Below the pieces are notes generated by a model, which saw only the letters and a program-made list of their open reading frames with translations, was not told the origin of the DNA and did not search any database. The translations under genes were made by a program, and so were the position numbers. Positions 60,038-64,000 of a stretch of DNA of 64,000 nt are shown here, piece by piece; positions within the stretch are counted from its first letter, which is position 1; every line of letters starts with the position of its first letter. The DNA is from a virus (Duplodnaviria > Heunggongvirae > Uroviricota > Caudoviricetes). The DNA lies in IMG/VR virus record IMGVR_UViG_3300028364_000020, positions 41,510-105,509 of that record. One strand, written 5' to 3'.

Positions 60038-60697
60038 GAAAATAAGAAACTATGTGTATGTAGCAAATATTACACATAGTTTCGAATCTTAATCTAGTAG
60101 GTTGCTCAACAACAGAACGAAGTCCCTAAAGTAAATAATTTTTTAATAAAACAAATATTATGTCAAAACAAACTAGCGGAAACGCAAATGCATTCCAAAG
60201 AGATTATTTGGAAGCCAATTTAAAAGGTACTAAATTCAAAGGTAGTGAAGTAACTTCAGTGAGTAATAAATACATTCACACTAAAGAAGCTTCACATCTA
60301 AAAGCAGGAAAAACTGTAAGTTTTACACCTAAAGAAGGAACAGAAAGAATGTTAAGAAGTGATTCATCTGGGGATACGGAAGGAGATAGGCTTTAAAATA
60401 AACAGGTTAAACATTTAATACCTTTGTAGAAATGTGATTAAGAAAGGATGCAACAGAGATGTTAAGTACAAATTCGCTAAAACTACATAAAGATACTAGC
60501 AGTAATGTTAGACGTATTGTCACCTTGAGAAAGTGATGCCGAAAATAGTGAACATAGTAACCACTACAATACGAATGAGTTCTCGGCAAGTGGTAGAACT
60601 TCTACCACGTGACCCAAACAGATTATTAAGAAAGAATTGAAACTTTAGAAACTTTCTTTCAATATAATGCTGTGGGTGCTAAATAAATTAAATAACA

Positions 60698-61126
60698 ATG
60701 GAAAATGAATTTTTACCTTATGAACAATCATTAGATTTAAAAAAATTAGATTTTAATGAGCCTTGTTTTGGGTATTATGATGGAAACTATAATTGGCAAT
60801 GTATGTATAACGGAAAACCTGAAAAGTTTTCTGAAAGGCGAATGGGTGTTTCTAATTCAGCATGGGTTGGTTGGGTTTCAGCACCACTTTATCAACAAGC
60901 TTTTAGATTTTTTAGAGAAAAGTATGAATTACTAAATCACATAACAGCACATCTTAATCCCTTCGGTGAAGATAATGCTTTAGAAGAAAGTTATGGTTAT
61001 CGTATTATAGTTAACAAAGATGGTTGGAAATGTGAACTTTTGGAAAAACATTCATTATATGATACTTACGAAGAAGCACAAATACAATGTCTTAAAAAAT
61101 TAATAGAAATAGTAAAAAAAGTTTAA
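60698..61126 (+). CDS. hypothetical protein
   Basis: 142-aa ORF. Confidence 0.35.
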   Translation: MENEFLPYEQSLDLKKLDFNEPCFGYYDGNYNWQCMYNGKPEKFSERRMGVSNSAWVGWVSAPLYQQAFRFFREKYELLNHITAHLNPFGEDNALEESYGYRIIVNKDGWKCELLEKHSLYDTYEEAQIQCLKKLIEIVKKV

Positions 61127-61151
61127 GGTTAGCAGTTTATTCACAATTAAA

Positions 61152-61234
61152 TAGGGAGAAATAGCTCAGTTGAATAGAGCATCAGTTCGTTAGGGGACAG
61201 AATGTATCGAGGGTTTGAACCCCTCTTCTTCCAC
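61152..61234 (+). tRNA. tRNA-like or pseudo-tRNA
   Basis: It has a canonical D-arm TAGCTCAGTTGAATAGAGC and a T-arm GAGGGTTTGAACCCCTC. The acceptor pairing is gggagaa with ttcttcc. No anticodon stem can be formed. Confidence 0.3.
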
Positions 61235-61709
61235 GAATCAACAATACGAATCATTGTAGTATCTACTTTGGAGGGCAAACCTCATTAAAAAATGGATTGT
61301 AGTTTGCGATTGAATTTCAAAAAGACCAAATGCTTTAACAGTATCAAGATTGAGAATAGAAATAAATTCTATTTAGATACCTCAACGTTCTGTATAAAAG
61401 TGATTGGAGAGAGTGTATTTTTAACTATGAGCAAAATTTTTTAACTCTTATTTTTTATTTTCGGTGAAAAAATTTAAAAACAAACTAATGACAACAAAAC
61501 AAGGTAAGGATAGTTATTCAGAAGAAGATATAAGAAAGGCTGTAATTTTTTGACAAAGTGTTGAGCTAACTTTTGTAACAGAAGAAGGGAAAGAAATCTT
61601 GACTAATGAGTTCATAGAGAAGTTAAAACAAGAACCCGCTTTTTGCCAAACACTTGTTATGTGAGGTTGCCGAAAAAACACATACCAAACTTTAAATTAA
61701 ATACAGATT

Positions 61710-62093
61710 ATGAAAGTACAAAACCAAGATTCAGTTCAAGACCAAGGTGGCAATATCTCAAAACCATTGTTAGCAAATCGTATTTTACGCTTTCGTGTTT
61801 GGGATAAAATTTCAAAAGAGATGTATCAATGGTCGCAAATTGCATCAATATCACTTGTCGATTTTGAACTTGAACATTATACTTTAATGCAATTCACAGG
61901 ATTAAAAGACAAAAACGGAATTGATATTTACGAAGGAGATAAAATAAAATATAAAAATTACAATGGCTATTCTAAAATAGTTTTTGAAAATGGGTCTTTT
62001 GGTTATTATGGAATTTCTTGTTTTATAACTCTTTTAGACACAAATATAAGCTACATAGAAGTAATCGGTAACGTCTTTCAGGATTCTGAATAA
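61710..62093 (+). CDS. YopX-like phage protein
   Basis: The motif FTGLKDKNGIDIYEGDKIKY matches the conserved YopX core. Confidence 0.55.
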   Translation: MKVQNQDSVQDQGGNISKPLLANRILRFRVWDKISKEMYQWSQIASISLVDFELEHYTLMQFTGLKDKNGIDIYEGDKIKYKNYNGYSKIVFENGSFGYYGISCFITLLDTNISYIEVIGNVFQDSE

Positions 62094-62146
62094 TATGTTT
62101 GCTAACTTCCTGTGGCTTTGTCTTGTTGCCGAAAAAATAAGACCAA

Positions 62147-62470
62147 ATGTTTAAATTTAACACTATGAAACCAAGTACAAAAAAATCTTTAAATGATGCC
62201 GAATGTGGCAATAAGTCAAAACCGCTGTTAGGTGCAGTTATTTCTAACGAGATAACTTCAATTGATAATAGAATAAAATCTTGTATTATTGAAAATCCTG
62301 ATGACGAAAGTAATGAGTATTACGTGAAGATTTGGTTTGCTTATAAAATGGATTGTGGAAATCCTCATCCTGACGGCAGACAAGAATTTTTAACAGAAAC
62401 AAAACAACAGTTACTTTACGAAATAAAAGATTTTATGATGTCCGATAAAAATGGATGGTGTATTTTATAA
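62147..62470 (+). CDS. hypothetical protein
   Basis: 107-aa ORF. Confidence 0.35.
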   Translation: MFKFNTMKPSTKKSLNDAECGNKSKPLLGAVISNEITSIDNRIKSCIIENPDDESNEYYVKIWFAYKMDCGNPHPDGRQEFLTETKQQLLYEIKDFMMSDKNGWCIL

Positions 62471-62839
62471 TTGCACCTAACGGAATGCAGCTACCCGAAG
62501 GAGGGGAATACGAAGAACAAATTTTGAATTAAACACAAATGTATAACCGAAGCACAAAACTCCATATAACCACTGAAGACCCTCTTTTGGGTAGGTGCTG
62601 TTATAAGCCGTTTTTCTTCACAAATTTTAAATAAGATGGATAAAGATTATTTTGGAAACGTATGGATTAAAGCCGATAAAGATGTTCGGGAATATCCAAT
62701 TGGAACAAAATTCAAAGCATTAATGGGAGGTCATTGGATAAAAGTCGAAAGAGGTTTTAAATGGTGTAATGGTTCAACGTTTCCGAATGTAGGAGGTGAT
62801 TGGACTGGCGAGGTGTGTCTGCCTTAAAATGGCTTATAA

Positions 62840-62960
62840 CTAGTAGATATATGCATAAACTTGCGTTTTTAACAAATAAAAAATAAAATTATGCGGACAA
62901 ACTAAATATCAATTAACCAACAAGCCCGTAATAGCTCAAAACTAGTGTTATATGATGGCT
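62840..62960 (+). repeat. ~120-nt intergenic repeat cassette, copy 1 (terminator hairpin plus conserved leader ending aaaattATG)
   Basis: It is near-identical to 63883..64000 and partially to 63561..63617. It contains the acgcataaacttgcgttttt hairpin. Confidence 0.7.
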
Positions 62961-62989
62961 TTTTATTTACTAACAAAAAAATAAACATT

Positions 62990-63076
62990 ATGAAAAAACA
63001 AAAAACACAAATTGAAAAAACACTTGATTTATTAGGAACAGCATCAATAATAGTTTTCTTTACGTCAGTTGCGTGA
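62990..63076 (+). CDS. small hydrophobic-tail peptide (28 aa) downstream of the repeat cassette
   Basis: The product is MKKQKTQIEKTLDLLGTASIIVFFTSVA. It is below the ORF-track cut-off. Confidence 0.25.
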   Translation: MKKQKTQIEKTLDLLGTASIIVFFTSVA

Positions 63077-63115
63077 ATTAAACACTAATATTAACAAAAA
63101 TAAAACAAACTTAAA

Positions 63116-63553
63116 ATGAGCGAAAATATTTCAGATACAAACCAAGCCGAGCAATTGCGTGAAAATGCTGTTAGCGGTTCGGTCTTGTGTCACCCAAAAG
63201 GTTCTGCTAAAAAAGTATTTAATGAGTTTTGGAAAGAAGCAAAAAAAGATACTTGTGATAGAAAAACACTTGCGTCAATTTCTTTCGATGCTGGACATTC
63301 ATTAAGACACCAAGAATATGAGAAAGCACTTTGGTGGTATAATTTGCCATTATTAAAAAAGAAACAAGTATTTCAAAACCGTTTTTTTGATGATAAATTT
63401 GATATGAATAAAATCCATAAAGAAACAATTACAATATTATATGATTTGCATCTCTTACCAAAAGAAAGTAAAGAAGAGATTGCTTTAAAAAGAGCAGAAA
63501 CAGCTAAAATTATAAAAGATTTTAAAGATAGTGGTCGAACGATATGTATTTAG
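63116..63553 (+). CDS. hypothetical protein
   Basis: 145-aa ORF. Confidence 0.35.
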   Translation: MSENISDTNQAEQLRENAVSGSVLCHPKGSAKKVFNEFWKEAKKDTCDRKTLASISFDAGHSLRHQEYEKALWWYNLPLLKKKQVFQNRFFDDKFDMNKIHKETITILYDLHLLPKESKEEIALKRAETAKIIKDFKDSGRTICI

Positions 63554-63560
63554 ACTGACC

Positions 63561-63617
63561 GCTAACTAGTAGATATACGCAGGTTTATGCGTTTTTAACA
63601 AATAAAAAATAAAATTA
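63561..63617 (+). repeat. intergenic repeat cassette, copy 2 (variant hairpin)
   Basis: The sequence ctaactagtagatatacgcaggtttatgcgtttttaacaaataaaaaataaaattATG is the same leader driving a different ORF. Confidence 0.6.
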
Positions 63618-63882
63618 TGAATTTACAAGATTTACACGAAAAGACAATAAAATGGGGAGAAGATAGAAATTTCTACAATCCCGAACATTATAGCGAGCAA
63701 TATGAAATCAGAAATAACAAATAGGAAAATAGAAATAAGAAAATCTTGGTGGTATGGAATAACACCTTTTTGTTTATTCAAATACTCAAGAGATAAAATT
63801 ACATATACAGATGCAAGAGAAACAAACTATAATTTTATGATTGGTTGGTTTCAATTACGAGTGTCTGTCGTAAATAACGCCT

Positions 63883-64000
63883 AACTAGTAGATATACGCA
63901 TAAACTTGCGTTTTTAACAAATAAAAAATAAAATTATGCGGACAAACTAAATATCAATTAACCAACAAGCCCGTAATAGCTCAAAACTAGTGTTATATGA
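63883..64000 (+). repeat. intergenic repeat cassette, copy 3 (runs off the window end)
   Basis: It is identical to copy 1 over about 118 nt. Confidence 0.7.

Overview
This is an AT-rich (about 30% GC) window that almost certainly comes from a large T4-like virulent phage of a Bacteroidota host, probably a flavobacterial one. Coding is dense, almost all on the + strand, with frequent start/stop overlaps. A recurring motif TAnnTTTG (often GTACCTTTG) upstream of genes and RNA genes fits the Bacteroidetes sigma-A -7 promoter element.

Layout:
- 1-17.7 kb: Asn/Thr/Ser-rich structural genes (probable baseplate, tail and fibre genes). These include a 1334-aa Cys-rich protein with internal tandem repeats. 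Simple-sequence repeats sit directly on the start codons of two of these genes.
- 17.7-26.5 kb: DNA replication and recombination genes. These are a RuvC-like protein, a zinc-finger/TOPRIM primase, a PD-(D/E)xK nuclease, a Dda/RecD-like helicase, an SbcD/gp47 homologue that appears split by a +1 frameshift, and an SbcC/gp46 homologue carrying a 151-aa mini-intein in its P-loop.
- 26.5-45.4 kb: a sigma-70 family factor, two charged low-complexity proteins, an endolysin made of a PG-binding domain plus a GH19 domain, RNase HII, a vWA/MIDAS protein, a full-length DnaJ and ClpP.
- 45.4-56.9 kb: an RNA and tRNA-maintenance island. It holds a tmRNA-like gene, an unexplained structured RNA of about 420 nt, a dNMP-kinase-like protein, a CCA-adding enzyme and a cluster of tRNA and tRNA-like genes (Ser-TGA, Asn-GTT, Trp-CCA, Arg-TCT, Ser-GCT and several irregular ones). 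Two tRNA-hairpin units in the cluster are each followed by a conserved element of about 55 nt. The island also carries three paralogous Gly/Asn/Tyr-repeat peptide genes, a protein-kinase-like protein and a fusion of a P-loop polynucleotide kinase with a 2H cyclic phosphodiesterase, which is the architecture of an RNA end-healing enzyme.
- 47.5-47.8 kb (minus strand): a degraded TnpB remnant with a GC-rich structured 3' end.
- 57.2-59.0 kb: an intact IS607-type element (TnpA serine recombinase plus TnpB).
- 59-64 kb: an SPFH lipoprotein, a YopX-like protein, small ORFs, and a roughly 120-nt intergenic cassette present in three copies.

No CRISPR array, reverse transcriptase or rRNA gene was seen.
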